A program made the position numbers and the translations under genes. A stretch of DNA of 29,718 nucleotides from a virus (Duplodnaviria; Caudoviricetes), in the IMG/VR virus record IMGVR_UViG_3300017719_000111, positions 1-29,718 of that record. One strand, given 5' to 3'. Every line of letters begins with the position of its first letter. Position 1 is the stretch's first letter. Below are positions 28,602 through 29,718 of this stretch, piece after piece. The notes beneath the pieces are model-generated. The model was not told the DNA's origin and did not search any database. It was given only the letters and a program-made list of their open reading frames with translations.

Positions 28602-29034
28602 GAAGGCCGTTGTTTTGGTCAAATTTTATACGCATTGTTTCGCTAATGCTGTAAGGAAGGTATGTAATGCTGCAATCTACTTGCAACCCGCTTTCGTAGG
28701 TATCAACTGTGACAGAATTTACATTTATACGTGGATCAAAATTGATTACTTCGGTAATATCTTTGATTATTAGCTCTTTTAAATCTTCAGTAAATGGCTC
28801 AAATAATACGTCCCAGATTACAGTGCCAAATGTAGGGTTTTCTAGTTTTTCGCCTTTGCGAATATGAAAATGGTTTATAACATCTTGTTTGATTATTTCT
28901 AAATCAAATAGATTAAATCCACGTGGATTAGCTACAGTGCTGATACCCCTGTATTGCTTAGAAGTCACTGGTGCTTCTTCTCCAGGAGAAGATATTGTCA
29001 CGTTCTTATAAAGTGGTTTTTCATTTGTAGCCAT
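28597..29034 (-). CDS. gp25: Baseplate wedge/sheath-initiator protein, gp25 (GPW_gp25) family
   Basis: DLEIIKQDVINHFHIRKGEKLENPTFGTVIWDVLFEP...INFDPRINVNSVTV is the canonical gp25 signature (GE....P.FG.....LFEP...(E/D)PR). Confidence 0.92.
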   Translation of the reverse strand: MATNEKPLYKNVTISSPGEEAPVTSKQYRGISTVANPRGFNLFDLEIIKQDVINHFHIRKGEKLENPTFGTVIWDVLFEPFTEDLKELIIKDITEVINFDPRINVNSVTVDTYESGLQVDCSITYLPYSISETMRIKFDQNNGLL

Positions 29035-29038
29035 ACTG

Positions 29039-29046
29039 TATTTATA
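29039..29046 (-). promoter_or_regulatory. Exact T4 late promoter consensus TATAAATA, 4 nt before the gp25 ATG
   Basis: The minus strand reads GTA TAA ATACAGT ATG. The box overlaps the upstream stop codon. Confidence 0.7.
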
Positions 29047-29718
29047 CTAAAACTTTTTCATAAAGATCGTTTGCCTTTGGTGTAATACTTACAAGTGTGC
29101 CATTTACAAATTTTTGTACTGGTTGTATAATGATTGGTCCTTGAGTAGTAAAGCCGTACAAATCTCTTTTCTTTACTAGTTTTGTACCAAACTTTTTAGC
29201 TGTTTTTTTAGCAGCATTAGCTACATTTGCAAACGTTTTATCTCCAGTTGTTCTAAATGTTTTCTTGTGAAGTGAATTTGCTGCACTAGCAATTGCATTT
29301 GCTTGTGTCGCAGGGTTTTCTTTAAATCTTATGTTATTTGCAACTTGTCTGCCTACATCTTTTACAACATTTGGCCTGTTCAGTGCTTTGCCAATTAAAT
29401 TTGCTCCAACTTGAGCTGATGCTTCGCTTATAACACTTCTTAATCCTACAGGCAATCCGTCTACTGCACTTGATAAGTTTTTTGTAAAGTCGCCTATTCC
29501 TTTTGTAAACCCATCAAACACTGGGCCAACACCTGGTATGCTACTAATTGCTGAACCTAAACCACTTGCTAATTTGCCTGCTGCGTCTCCTAATGCATCT
29601 CCTAGTCCGCCTAATGCTTTTCCTATTGCACCGTCGATTGCGCCTAATGCACTGCCAAGTGCGCCAGTTAACCCTGTAGAACTTAATAAGTTTTGCATCG
29701 TGCTAGGCAAACTTCCTA
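29042..29718 (-). CDS. Gly/Ala/Leu-rich then Lys-rich protein, probably 5'-truncated (C-terminal part of a tail/baseplate-region protein)
   Basis: The frame stays open upstream of the track's TTG start (29710) to the window edge. It has an amphipathic ALG-repeat segment followed by a basic region, and lies immediately upstream of gp25. Confidence 0.65.
   Translation of the reverse strand, partial: GSLPSTMQNLLSSTGLTGALGSALGAIDGAIGKALGGLGDALGDAAGKLASGLGSAISSIPGVGPVFDGFTKGIGDFTKNLSSAVDGLPVGLRSVISEASAQVGANLIGKALNRPNVVKDVGRQVANNIRFKENPATQANAIASAANSLHKKTFRTTGDKTFANVANAAKKTAKKFGTKLVKKRDLYGFTTQGPIIIQPVQKFVNGTLVSITPKANDLYEKVLV

Noticed and set aside
590-29044. No gene ends in TAG, raising the possibility of amber recoding
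   Set aside because: The 14 stops seen are TAA (12) or TGA (2), which is unremarkable in AT-rich DNA. The long ORFs are intact in the standard code, so there is no positive evidence of recoding.
1-29718. Bacterial contractile injection system (eCIS/T6SS) or prophage rather than a lytic phage
   Set aside because: T4-type late boxes, a T4-style gp6, TAATG-coupled dense packing and the absence of host or integration genes favour a large lytic myovirus. This cannot be fully excluded from one window.
1-29718. CRISPR arrays, tRNAs, structured ncRNAs and intrinsic terminators
   Set aside because: All intergenic gaps are about 51 bp or shorter and are occupied by promoter or RBS elements. No spaced direct repeats, cloverleaves or GC-rich hairpins with U-tracts were seen.

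Overview
This window is an AT-rich, gene-dense segment of a large (probably jumbo) T4-like myovirus genome, with all credible genes on the minus strand. In transcription order (right to left) it carries: a truncated Gly/Ala-rich protein, a gp25-like baseplate protein, an enlarged gp6-like wedge protein (1154 aa), and a giant 4574-aa multidomain virion protein in the gp7 position. These are followed by a 200-aa fibre-attachment-like protein and three tail fibres that share an N-terminal domain but have different tips. Next come two paralogous putative virion proteins, a small DUF4376-like protein and a cluster of three DXD glycosyltransferase-like genes, the last running off the window and missing from the ORF track. 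Four observations stand out. (1) The glycosyltransferase cluster sits directly downstream of the fibre module and is a candidate virion-glycosylation system. (2) The 5-mer GTAAC/GTTAC is almost absent: I found only two copies by eye, both in one fibre tip, and GTSAC is used instead. (3) Two promoter classes are present: TAAATA late-type boxes, often overlapping stop codons, and two near-perfect sigma70 promoters in matching 48-bp spacers. (4) The fibre array is modular, and one fibre has a peptidase-G2-like autocleavage tail. No tRNA, rRNA, CRISPR array or mobile element was recognised. All family calls come from motif recognition by eye, not from database searches.
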